Shown piece after piece: positions 29,317 to 37,811 of a stretch of DNA of 64,000 nt (the first letter of the stretch is position 1; each line of letters opens with the position of its first letter). The position numbers were made by a program, and so were the translations under genes. The notes under the pieces were generated by a model, which saw only the letters and a list, made by a program, of their open reading frames with translations, did no database searches and had not been told where the DNA came from. Source of the DNA: Planctomycetota bacterium (GTDB lineage Bacteria > Planctomycetota > JAJSAM01 > JAJVHW01); contig CBDFJG010000004.1 in assembly GCA_965248445.1 (NCBI GenBank), positions 256,001 through 320,000 on the forward strand. The letters run 5' to 3'.

Positions 29317-30851
29317 GTACCTGTTCAGCCCTTGATCTGACCGAGGATCCAGATTGTTCCGACGCGGGTCGATGAAGAGTGTGTGGGCACCGACGAGTTG
29401 CGCGAGCTGGTCGAGCGGATGTCGCGTCGGCTGAACGACGCGGAGGAGACGATCGCGTCGCAAGCGGAGGTGATCGAGCGTCAGGCAGCCCGCATCGACG
29501 AGCTCGAGAGCCGATTGCGACGCGACTCCCGCACATCGTCGCGGCCGCCCTCGTCGGACCCGTCGTGGTCCAAGAGGCGGCGGCGGCGCAAGCCGCCGTC
29601 TGACAAGAAGCAGGGTGCGCAGTCGGGTCACGAGGGCACGACGCGCCAGCTCGTGGACGAGTCCGAGGTCGATGATGTCCAGGACCACCGTCCGCAGGAG
29701 TGCAGCTCCTGCGGTAGCGGCGCACTCATTGCGGTCGATCGTGCCCCCACGCGGCAGCAGGTCTTCGCGCTACCGCCGCGACTGGTCCACGTGACCGAGC
29801 ACCGGCTGCACCGCGCTCGCTGCACAGGGTGTGGGATGACGTCCACGGGGCGTCTGCCCGATGGCGTCACCGCCAGTCCCTTCGGTCCACGGCTCACCGC
29901 ACTGACTGCCTCGCTGGTCGGAGTCTTCCGGCTGTCGCGGCGGGAGACGAGCCGCCTGCTGCGCGACGTGATCGGCGTGTCGATGTCGCCCGGCACCGTG
30001 AGCGCCATCGAGGAGCGGGTGTCGGGTGCGCTGTCCTCCGCGCACCTCGAGGCACTGGGTGCCGTGCGCACGAGCCGGGTCGCTCACGTGGACGAAACAC
30101 CGTGGCCTCGTCGCGGCGTCCTGCACTGGCTGTGGAGCGCGGTCAGCGAGCACGCAGTGGTCCACCGGATCGATCGTCGTCGCAGCGCCAAGGCCATGCG
30201 ACGACTCATCGGTCGCCGTTACCGCGGCGTCCTGGTCACCGACCGCATGGGCGCCTACGACCGGCACCCGACCGAGCGTCGCCAGATCTGCTGGGCGCAC
30301 CTCGAGCGCGACTTTCGCTCGCTTGCGGAGGGACGATCTGGCGAGCGTCGCTTCGGCAAGAGCGCGGTCTCGCTCGCCCAGGCCGTCATGCGAGCGCATC
30401 GCCGCTTGGGTGAGCACGGGGACCGCGCAAGGATGCAGCGAGAGCTGCGCCCGACGTGGTCGCGACTGATCGACTTGCTCGTACGCGGGGCGGACAGCAA
30501 GCAGCGTCGAGTCCGCGGGATCAGTCGTCATCTGCTCGCAAGAGCCGAGGCACTTTGGTCCTTCGCCGACGTGCCGGGTGTCTCCCCGACCAACAACATC
30601 GCCGAGCGCGCCGTGCGCAAACCAGTGCTCTGGCGCCGCGGCACCCACGGCAGCCAGAGCGAGCGAGGACTGCGCTTCGTCGAGCGCATCTTGACCGTCA
30701 CCGCCACCTGCCGGCAGCGCGGCGACAACGTCTTCGACTACCTCGTCGCCGCCACCAGCGCCGCCGGGCTCGGGCAACCGCCGCCGACTCTCGTCGCGCT
30801 GCCGATCAGTCGCTGAGCACGGGGCTGCTCACTCATGACCTGAACAGGTAC
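29317..30851 (+). mobile_element. IS66-family insertion sequence (single-ORF), copy B, 1535 bp
   Basis: 12-bp TIR GTACCTGTTCAG / CTGAACAGGTAC; leader shares AGGATCCAGATYGTTC and GGTCGATSAAGA with copy A. Confidence 0.9.
29383..30816 (+). CDS. IS66 family transposase (TnpC)
   Basis: SSRPPSSD, HVDETPW, TDRMGAY, QICWAH, TNNIAER; paralog of 26811-28211. Confidence 0.95.
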   Translation: MGTDELRELVERMSRRLNDAEETIASQAEVIERQAARIDELESRLRRDSRTSSRPPSSDPSWSKRRRRRKPPSDKKQGAQSGHEGTTRQLVDESEVDDVQDHRPQECSSCGSGALIAVDRAPTRQQVFALPPRLVHVTEHRLHRARCTGCGMTSTGRLPDGVTASPFGPRLTALTASLVGVFRLSRRETSRLLRDVIGVSMSPGTVSAIEERVSGALSSAHLEALGAVRTSRVAHVDETPWPRRGVLHWLWSAVSEHAVVHRIDRRRSAKAMRRLIGRRYRGVLVTDRMGAYDRHPTERRQICWAHLERDFRSLAEGRSGERRFGKSAVSLAQAVMRAHRRLGEHGDRARMQRELRPTWSRLIDLLVRGADSKQRRVRGISRHLLARAEALWSFADVPGVSPTNNIAERAVRKPVLWRRGTHGSQSERGLRFVERILTVTATCRQRGDNVFDYLVAATSAAGLGQPPPTLVALPISR

Positions 30852-32373
30852 GGCGAGCGGGCTGGTTCGCTGGCATGCGCGATGGAGAGAGGAACGCGGA
30901 GGACGACCCACAGAGCGCGCACTCGACACGAGGAAGGAAGCCGAGGCATTCCTCACCGAGATCCGCAAGCGCGTCCTCGCGGGCACCTACGCCACTCCCA
31001 GGACCGTTCGGGGGGCAGCCGCACACTCCGCGCAGCAGACAGCGGACGTGCCGACGTTCGTTGCGTACGCAGAGAGCGTGTTCCGGTCACGCATCGCCCC
31101 CACCCGGGCACCGACAACGGTCGTGCTGTACGAAGCGAACCTCGCCGCACTCGCGCTCTACTTCGGAGAACGCGAGGTCGAACGCGTGACGATCCCTGCC
31201 AGGCGACTTGACGAGTTGACCGGCGCAGCGTTCCTCGACTACCGAGCATGGCGGCGCACGTTCCGCCGCAGCACGCACGGAGCACCGAAGCCGGTCAGCG
31301 CCGTGACGCAGAACCGTGACCAAGCGTTCGCGGTCCTCGTGCTCAACCATGCGGTTGCGGACGGGCTGATCGCTGAGAACCCACTCGCCGGTCTTCGCAA
31401 GCTCCGGGAGCCGCGCAAGCCCCGCCGCTACCTGACGAAGCACGAAGCCGCACGGCTCATCCTGGCGAGCGATAGGCACTTCCGGCCGTTCGTCGTCACG
31501 TCGCTCCTCACCGGCCTCCGCACGTCCGAACTCCTCTCTCTGCGGTGGGCAGATGTGGGGTTCGAGCAAGGCACGCTTGCCGTGACCCGGACGAAGGTCG
31601 GGAACGCTGACCACCTGCCGCTGCATCCGGTCGCAGCGGAGGAACTTCGGCGGCTGCGGGCGTCCCGCCCGGGAGCGCGGCCGGACGAGCACGTCATCCT
31701 CAACTCGCGCGGAGCGCCGTGGCGGGACATCCGCAAGGCATGGCGGCGCGCACTCAAGGGGGCGGGCCTGGAGGGCCGTGACGGACTCACCCCCCACTCG
31801 CTCCGGCACTCCTTCGCCACTCACTTCCTGGAGGGTGGCGGGGCCGTGACCGACCTACAGCAGCAACTCGGTCACTCCGAACTCGCAACGACGCAGCGCT
31901 ACGCAGGCATGGTCAACGCACGGCGACGGCAGTCCGTCCTGGCGATGGAGTTCGGGACGAGCCTGAGAGATGGCGATGCGGCGGAGAGAGTGACCCGAAG
32001 AGTGACCCGGGCCGTGTGGTCGCGCTTCCGCCCCGTGCTGTCGGGGACGAGTAGTAGCCGCAAGCTGTGCGGCTGCGCCCGGTTACGTGTGGTCGGGGCG
32101 AGAGGATTCGAACCTCCGGCCTCTTGCTCCCGAAGCAACGGAGGCCAGGCTCGCACGCGTGGGAGGCGAGTTGCAGGGGCTGCACGAGCCGCATGCGCCG
32201 CGGTGGTGGACAGGAGTTCACCAACTCTAACGCAACTCTGTCTCGCTGGCGGCACACCCGGCAGCGGTCGCCTCGGCCGCGCGATGCCGACTCTCATCTG
32301 TTCTCGCCGTCGGTTTCCGTCTCTGCGCCGCAGTCGAACTGCGGCACGCTCCCGCGGATGCGCGGACGATTGA
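30852..32373 (+). CDS. Tyrosine integrase, 5' end cut by IS66 copy B; ORF reads through the tRNA fragment
   Basis: Catalytic set intact: TGLRTSE, TK, HSLRHSFA, LGHS, TQRYA. The frame is open upstream of GTG 31048 back to the IS end (ASGLVRWHARWR...TRKEAEAFL, arm-binding-like). Confidence 0.85.
32090..32138 (-). tRNA. 3' fragment of tRNA-Pro(CGG), att core; not an intact tRNA
   Basis: Minus strand TTGC-TTCGGGA-GCAAGAGGCCGGAGGTTCGAATCCTCTCGCCCCGACCA: anticodon loop, T-arm, acceptor 3' strand and CCA present; 5' acceptor strand and proper D-arm absent. Confidence 0.85.
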
Positions 32374-32386
32374 GATCGGTTCCCCT

Positions 32387-32501
32387 CGTCCGCCCCGCTC
32401 CCACACGCGCTGCACTCGCGCGGGCGGTGGTCCTCTACGCCATCGACCTCGGACTCGTCCACGAGCTTGCGCGTCGCCCCTTTGTGGCCGGGCTGCGCAC
32501 C
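32387..32501 (-). pseudogene. IS66 transposase remnant
   Basis: GAQPGHKGATRKLVDESEVDGVEDHRPRECSACGSGA matches copy B GAQSGHEGTTRQLVDESEVDDVQDHRPQECSSCGSGA; cut by the IS1380 end. Confidence 0.85.
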
Positions 32502-32505
32502 CTAG

Positions 32506-34174
32506 CCGCATCTGTTCACGAGACGTCGCGATGACGGTGCTTTCGGAGTCCACAGGGTCAGATCTTGGCCAGGCGAGGGCGGATGCTGTCGTCGTTGCCA
32601 CAAGGGCAACGCGAGTGAGCGGCCGAAACGGCGCGGATTCTGCGGTGTGGGCAGACCGTAGGCCGGGCGGTGGTGTGGCGGACGGCGCGGCGGGACGTCA
32701 GGTCGGCTTCGGGGATGCCAGCAGTCGTTGCGCGCAGCGCTCGAAGACGTGCTGCCAGGGCCACGACGAGGACATCGAGACCCAGATCCGGCGCGTCGTG
32801 ATCCGCACGAGCGCGCCGATCTTGAGCAGCCGCAGGCGGATCGTGCCGGCTTGCGCACGCGCCATCTCGGTGCCGGCGAGACCGATGCGTCGCAGCGCAC
32901 AGGTCAGGACGTAGGCCATGGCCGACATGGCCATCCGCACGGCGTTGCCCTGCATCGTGTGCACCGACAGACGGGTGCCGAAGAGCTCGAGCTGCTGCTC
33001 CTTGATGCGATTCTCCGCCTCGCCCCGGGCGCAGTAGAGCTGCTCGTAGAGACGCTTGCTGCTCCAGCTACGAGGCGGCAGATTGGTCACCACGAAGCGG
33101 GGATTGCGCTTGCCGCCCGGCAGGTGCTCGGCCTTGGCGACCACGCGACGCCTCTGGCTCCAGCTCCCCAGCGTGGTCCAGGCAAAGTCGCGAAAGACCC
33201 GGGCTGCTCGGCCGGTCTGCACGGCACGGGCTGCGGCCTCATCGAGCGCGTCTTCGACGTGTCGCTCAAGGCGCTCATTGCGCGCCATGCCCAGCAGGTA
33301 GAAGTGGCCGGCGGCCTCGCACCAGGCCATCAGCTCCTCGCGGCAAAAGCCCGAGTCTGCGCGCACGAGCACCTTGGCCCGGGGCCAGCGGCGCCGCAGA
33401 CGTAAGACCAGCGCACGGAGCTCGTCCACGACTCCGCGCGCGGGATCTCTGTCAGCGGTCTGGAGCCGAGCGAGCAAGAGGTGCTCGCCGCAGAAGACGT
33501 ACAGCGGCAGGTAGCAGTAGTGCCCGTAGTAGCCGTGGAAGAAGCGGCCCTCCTGCCGGCCGTGCAGCCGCACGTCGGAGTGGTCCAGGTCCAGCACGAG
33601 CAGGCCCGGATCCTCCGGCCCCATGGCCTCGCAGAAGACGTCGCTGAGCACGCTGTCCACGCGCTCCTGGTCCATCTCGATCTTGGCGTAGCGCGTCTGT
33701 GCCGTGGCGCCGAGCTGCGTGGTCTCGAGCCGCGAGAGCGTCGGGTGCGTGGCCAGAGCACCCTCGCGCTTGCCGCACGCCGCGGCAAACAGCGGGTCCT
33801 TGCCGACATGGTCGTGGTCCACCAGATCCTCGTAGCCCGCGCACAGCCCGAAGACCCGCTGACGCAGCATCTGGCCGACCGTGTGCTCGACCCGACGCGG
33901 GTCCCGGTGGTCCCCGAAGCAGCGCGCAAACCGCGAGAGCAGATCGATGCGACGATCGGTCCGCTCGAGCAGCAGCACGCCCCCGTCGCTCGTCACGGTA
34001 CCGGCGTCGAAGCGCGTCACCGCGGTGCGTCCACAGATGCCCGCGAAGAGGGTCCCCTGCGGGCTACAGTCTGTCGTCATCGGGCCGGCGCTCCTGTCGG
34101 TGCAAGTACTAGCGAGTACGAGCACTTAGACAGACGACGGCCCGCTCAGATTCCCGGCTGGTGAACGATTCGGG
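32506..34174 (-). mobile_element. IS1380-family insertion sequence (~1670 bp)
   Basis: Imperfect TIRs CCGCATCTGTTCACGAG (left) and CCCGAATCGTTCACCAG (right, reverse complement); flanks CTAG / TTAG. Confidence 0.8.
32698..34080 (-). CDS. IS1380 family transposase
   Basis: FDAG.VTSDGG, QRV.G...GYED, LDLD, HGRQEG.FFHGYY..YCYLPLY, RADSGF, YCARGEAENRIKE, IRLRLLKIGA. Confidence 0.95.
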   Translation of the reverse strand: MTTDCSPQGTLFAGICGRTAVTRFDAGTVTSDGGVLLLERTDRRIDLLSRFARCFGDHRDPRRVEHTVGQMLRQRVFGLCAGYEDLVDHDHVGKDPLFAAACGKREGALATHPTLSRLETTQLGATAQTRYAKIEMDQERVDSVLSDVFCEAMGPEDPGLLVLDLDHSDVRLHGRQEGRFFHGYYGHYCYLPLYVFCGEHLLLARLQTADRDPARGVVDELRALVLRLRRRWPRAKVLVRADSGFCREELMAWCEAAGHFYLLGMARNERLERHVEDALDEAAARAVQTGRAARVFRDFAWTTLGSWSQRRRVVAKAEHLPGGKRNPRFVVTNLPPRSWSSKRLYEQLYCARGEAENRIKEQQLELFGTRLSVHTMQGNAVRMAMSAMAYVLTCALRRIGLAGTEMARAQAGTIRLRLLKIGALVRITTRRIWVSMSSSWPWQHVFERCAQRLLASPKPT

Positions 34175-34572
34175 TTAGCGATCGTGGGGACGGCCTCGAG
34201 GAGCGCGCCAATCAGCTGCGCGGCGTTCGGGCGCTGGGCGCGCAGCGCGTCGACGACCAGCAGCGGGTCGGCGGGACCCTCGGCGGCGGCCTCGTTGATG
34301 GCGTCGAAGAGGTCCCGCCGCACAGGATGGGTGAAGTGCACACGGTCGAGCCGGCTGAGCACGTCCTGGGCGACCTCGCCGTCGAGGAAGCAGACACCGA
34401 GACACGCGAGCTCCTCGTCGATGAGGGCATCGGGATGGGCGGCTCCCCGAAGAGGATCGACCGCTGTTTCAAGGACAGGGTCCGATGTCGGGTCGGTCGT
34501 TTCAGAGACCGCGACCGAGGGGCCCTCGTCATCGAGCAGATCAGAGAGGTCGATCGTGTCAGACACCAGCAT
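34175..34572 (-). pseudogene. DnaB-like helicase N-terminal domain, truncated by IS1380
   Basis: EELACLGVCFL...LDRVHFTHPVRRDLFDAI...ADPLLVVDAL...LLEAVPTIAN ends exactly at the IS terminus. Confidence 0.7.
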
Positions 34573-34823
34573 TCACCTGGGTTGTTGAAACCGTTTCTGG
34601 GTTCTAGTCGTCGCTTCGAACGGGTGTGACCGGTGAGGGGGGGGGGGTTCCATTCGGACTTCTTCTTCTTCTTGAGGTCCTGGACCGCGCCCTTCTGGAG
34701 CACGAGGGCCTCTGGGCATTCGCCCATGGGGCAGCAGGCGACCCCGCCGACCCAGACCGGCTCGTCGGTCAGCCCGCAGAGCGCGCACTCCCACCAGGTC
34801 CCGGGCGGGAGTGGGGTCACCAT
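34573..34823 (-). CDS. Small Cys-rich phage-like protein; frameshift at the G11 tract
   Basis: RBS GGAGG then MVTPLPPGTWWECALCG...CCPMGEC. One extra base in the 11-G run (34637-34647) would end it at TGA 34573, abutting the DnaB-like ATG. Confidence 0.45.
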
Positions 34824-34965
34824 CCGCCTCCCTGTGTCGCGTAGAACCTGTGTCTGCCGCCGGACCTTCGGTCGCGCAGGGCGCTGGTAGTAGGTGAGCC
34901 GGAAGAACATGCGCCAGCCGCGCGTGCGCGCAGGCGTGGCGCGGTGCAGCTGCGAGGGGCCCATC

Positions 34966-35160
34966 TCATAGATCAGGCGTGACGTCGCCGGCGGTGCGCG
35001 CGGCTTCGACGCCGTGGCCCCAGAGGCCGGGCTTGGAGAAGCGCGAGGCCATCGTCTCCGCGTAGCACCGCTCACAGCCGCGGGAGACGCGAGTACAGCC
35101 CTGAATCGGATTCCAGGACACGTCTGCCCATTCGATGCTTGTTGTGGCGAGATGACGCAT
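34966..35160 (-). pseudogene. DUF5131 (phage Gp37/Gp68-like) N-terminal fragment
   Basis: TSIEWADVSWNPIQGCTRVSRGCERCYAE is the family N-terminal signature; stops after 64 aa; TGATG-coupled to the upstream gene. Confidence 0.75.
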
Positions 35161-35390
35161 CAGATCCTCCTGTGCGCACACACGTGCGCGGACTTGGACA
35201 GCACGCCCATGACGCGCTTCCGCGCGTTCTGCAGCCGCGGTGGCGGGCGTGAGACGAAGCAGTTCGGGCAGACGATCACGGCCGGCCCGCTGTCGAGGAC
35301 GAGTACGACCGGGTGATCAACGGGCGGGGAGAGCGGCCGCAGGCAGATCCCGCAGGCCGTGAACTTGGTGACCCACTCCTTGAGCGTCAT
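35160..35390 (-). CDS. Small putative Zn-finger protein
   Basis: CGIC...CPNC; ATGA overlap with the upstream ORF. Confidence 0.6.
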   Translation of the reverse strand: MTLKEWVTKFTACGICLRPLSPPVDHPVVLVLDSGPAVIVCPNCFVSRPPPRLQNARKRVMGVLSKSAHVCAHRRI

Positions 35391-35698
35391 GGCAACGTCC
35401 TCTGGAGCATCCAGTTGCTCCGCCAGCGTCGCGGGTCAGGAGCGCGACGGGGTGCGTTCGGGGCGGTCTCCGCGGACTGCGCGGGCTTCGCGGGCTGCGC
35501 CTGTGAGCACGACCGCGTGTGCGCAGCGACCACCCAGTCAAACGCGCGTTCCAGCCGGCGCCGCAGAGCGCGCACACCACCAACCGTTGCGCGGGTCAGT
35601 CGCAGGCGGCGACCGCAGGGCACGCACACGCGCTCGACGGTGAGGATCGTCGTGACGCGGCCGCATTCGTCTTCCAGACGGGCGGTTCGGAGCGTCAC
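35387..35698 (-). CDS. Small hypothetical protein (CxxC...HxxxC)
   Basis: GGAGG RBS, GTGA overlap; CVPCG...HTRSC. Confidence 0.55.
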   Translation of the reverse strand: MTLRTARLEDECGRVTTILTVERVCVPCGRRLRLTRATVGGVRALRRRLERAFDWVVAAHTRSCSQAQPAKPAQSAETAPNAPRRAPDPRRWRSNWMLQRTLP

Positions 35699-36114
35699 GG
35701 GACCGCCTCCCAGATAGCGGGCGTGCACCGCCGCACGAGCCCCTCGCTCTCGAGGCGCTTCAGCATGTACGCGACGATCCGCGGGCGCTCGCCAATGCGC
35801 TCACGCAGCTCGGCGAACGGGACGGGCTCGCCAGCGTCTTGCAGGTGCCGGAGCAGCCCTGCGAGGAGGTCTTCGTGCGGCGTTGGCTGGTCCCGGTTGA
35901 CTGGGCGGATCGCTCTGTCTGCCGTGGGCTGTTGCATCCACAGGGACGACACCATGTCCGCGAGTGCGCGGTGGGGGTGGTCCCGCACCAGATGCTCGAC
36001 GAGGACCTGGTCCGCGTCCGCGAACCGACGCGCAGCGCGGTCCTCCCAACCGCACCCGGGCACAAGACACCGCACGTGGTTGCGGTTCCGGTGCACTGCG
36101 CCGGCGCCCGCCAT
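35695..36114 (-). CDS. C2H2-like Zn finger + winged-helix protein
   Basis: CLVPGCGW...EHLVRDH; C-terminal FAELRERIG.RPRIVAYMLKRLESEGLV; TGATG overlap. Confidence 0.6.
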   Translation of the reverse strand: MAGAGAVHRNRNHVRCLVPGCGWEDRAARRFADADQVLVEHLVRDHPHRALADMVSSLWMQQPTADRAIRPVNRDQPTPHEDLLAGLLRHLQDAGEPVPFAELRERIGERPRIVAYMLKRLESEGLVRRCTPAIWEAVP

Positions 36115-37484
36115 CAGAAGAGCTCCCCCTGGCGGCCCTCGGCCGCAGGCGCAATGGTGGCGGCCTCCCGATCGCCGACCTGGTCCTCGCCGTAGACCGC
36201 GTCCTCGAGGGACTCCTTCTCGACGAGGAGCTCGGCGGTGCGGTGGTCCAGGACGTGGTCCGCAACGAGGTCCGTGACGAGGACGCCACGCGTCTGACCG
36301 ATCCGGTGCGTGCGGTCGACCGCCTGGCGGTTGAGTGCCGGCGTCCAGTCGCGGTCGATGCGCAGCACGTCGCTGGCGCGGGTCAGCGTGATCCCGACGC
36401 CGCCCGCCCGGATGGTCAGTGCGACGCCGGAGAGGCGGCCGGACCGGAAGTCACGCACGATGTCCGCTCGTGCACCAGCTGAGACGTCGCCCGTGATCGA
36501 TGCCCAGCCCGGCCTGTTTCCGATGGCCTGGATCGGCGCCTTGTGCGCGCCGAGCACCACGAGCGGTGTGTTCGACTGCTCGTGGAACTCGACGAGCTGC
36601 TCCGCGGTGCGGAACTTGGCGGCCGCGAGCGCCTTCCGCGCGCGGCTCATCTCCGTGAAGCCCGGTCGCTCAGCAGCTGTACGGACCGCCTTGAGGGTGG
36701 CGGAGGTGAGGTCGACGCCCTGCTCAGCGAGCGCAGCGGCCGCGGCGTCGCACGCGACGATCGCCTCCCGGTTCAGCTCGACGAGCACGGTCTTGTAGCG
36801 CTTCGGGGGGAGGTCCGGGAGCACGTCCTTCTTCAGCCGGCGGAGCATGACGCGCCGCAGCCGGTCTGGGACCTCACGGGTCGGCCCACGGAACTTCCAG
36901 CCGAACCGCCCCTTGTAGCCGTCGAACGCGCGCACGAACGTCGACCAGGACCCGAAGGACGCCTTCTCGCAGTCGAGTGCGCTGAGCACCTTCCAGAGCT
37001 CGACCGGGTTGTTGAGCAGCGCGGTGCCGGTCGCGCCCCAGAGCGTGCCCTGGCGGGCGCGCACCCGACGCCGCAGCGCGAGCCACGCCTTCCGGCGTTG
37101 GCTGCTGCCCTTGACCGCGTGGATCTCGTCACCGATCAGGTAGCAGCCCGGCAAGAGGCCCGGGAGTGACGCGACGTCGGTGTCCTTGGGCAAGATCGCG
37201 TAGTTGGTGATCACGATCTCGCCCGCGCGCGGCCACCGGAACGACCCGCGTCCGGAGAGGACGATCGCGCGCAGATCGGGTCGCCACGCGCGCACCTCGT
37301 CGGCCCAGTTGTGCTTGACGACCGCGGGGCACACGATGACGGCGCCGCCGACGAGATCGCGCGGCAGCGCCATCAGGATCTGGACGCTCTTGCCGAGTCC
37401 CATGTCGTCGCCGAGCAGCGCACGCCGCCGTGGTGCGAGCCAGTCGACGCCGACCCGCTGGAACGGGAAGAGGGCGCGCGTCAC
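36114..37484 (-). CDS. SNF2-family helicase (phage-type)
   Basis: LFPFQ, LLGDDMGLGKS, VCPA, DEIH, TGTALLN, RRLK, GVGITL, WTP...QAVDRTHRIGQ; GTGA overlap. Confidence 0.9.
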   Translation of the reverse strand: MTRALFPFQRVGVDWLAPRRRALLGDDMGLGKSVQILMALPRDLVGGAVIVCPAVVKHNWADEVRAWRPDLRAIVLSGRGSFRWPRAGEIVITNYAILPKDTDVASLPGLLPGCYLIGDEIHAVKGSSQRRKAWLALRRRVRARQGTLWGATGTALLNNPVELWKVLSALDCEKASFGSWSTFVRAFDGYKGRFGWKFRGPTREVPDRLRRVMLRRLKKDVLPDLPPKRYKTVLVELNREAIVACDAAAAALAEQGVDLTSATLKAVRTAAERPGFTEMSRARKALAAAKFRTAEQLVEFHEQSNTPLVVLGAHKAPIQAIGNRPGWASITGDVSAGARADIVRDFRSGRLSGVALTIRAGGVGITLTRASDVLRIDRDWTPALNRQAVDRTHRIGQTRGVLVTDLVADHVLDHRTAELLVEKESLEDAVYGEDQVGDREAATIAPAAEGRQGELF

Positions 37485-37699
37485 GTCGACCCCGCCCTCG
37501 CCGCCGGGCACTGCACGTACCCCTCGACCTCGCGCATGGCGAGCCGGTCACGGGCAGCGTGCGGCTGGCGTCCGTACGTCTCGTGCTGGGATGGTCGGAC
37601 GCAGGCCTTGCCGACAGGGCGGTTGCAGGTCGGGCACGCGACCTCGAGCGCCGGGTCGCGCGGCCAGGTCTGCCCGCAGTTGCTGCAGGAGACGCTCAT
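37481..37699 (-). CDS. Small Zn-finger protein (phage-type CPxC...G..C...H..R)
   Basis: CSNCG...ALEVACPTC...GKAC...PHAAR. Confidence 0.7.
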   Translation of the reverse strand: MSVSCSNCGQTWPRDPALEVACPTCNRPVGKACVRPSQHETYGRQPHAARDRLAMREVEGYVQCPAARAGST

Positions 37700-37811
37700 G
37701 CCGCACGCTTCCGGAATGCCTGATACACATCTCGGTACACATCCTGGGTCTCTGTCAGATGTGCGCGAGTGTCGGGTAAGTGCCGTTGATAGCCTCGTAC
37801 GTGCCCGATAG

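Larger units (their letters stand above)
26744..37800. mobile_element. Decayed integrative element / prophage remnant heavily invaded by IS elements
   Basis: Integrase next to a tRNA-Pro fragment, phage-like coupled operon, 3 complete IS and 1 remnant; flanked by host genes (mscS, HEAT-vWA). Boundaries approximate. Confidence 0.75.

Noticed and set aside
28304..29340. ORFs between the IS66 copies (e.g. 28678-29340 with WECRSCG; 28607-29077)
   Set aside because: No recognisable family, no RBS, atypical composition; the single CxxC is likely chance
26744..30851. Composite transposon formed by the two IS66 copies
   Set aside because: The copies are clearly divergent with different TIRs, and the outer flanks share no target duplication
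32090..32170. Intact tRNA-Pro gene
   Set aside because: The 5' acceptor strand (CGGGGCG) and a proper D-arm are missing; only the 3' 49 nt match
36114..37484. SNF2 helicase as part of a defence system (DISARM, Zorya or BREX-like)
   Set aside because: No methylase, nuclease or other partner genes; short phage-type protein in a phage-like operon
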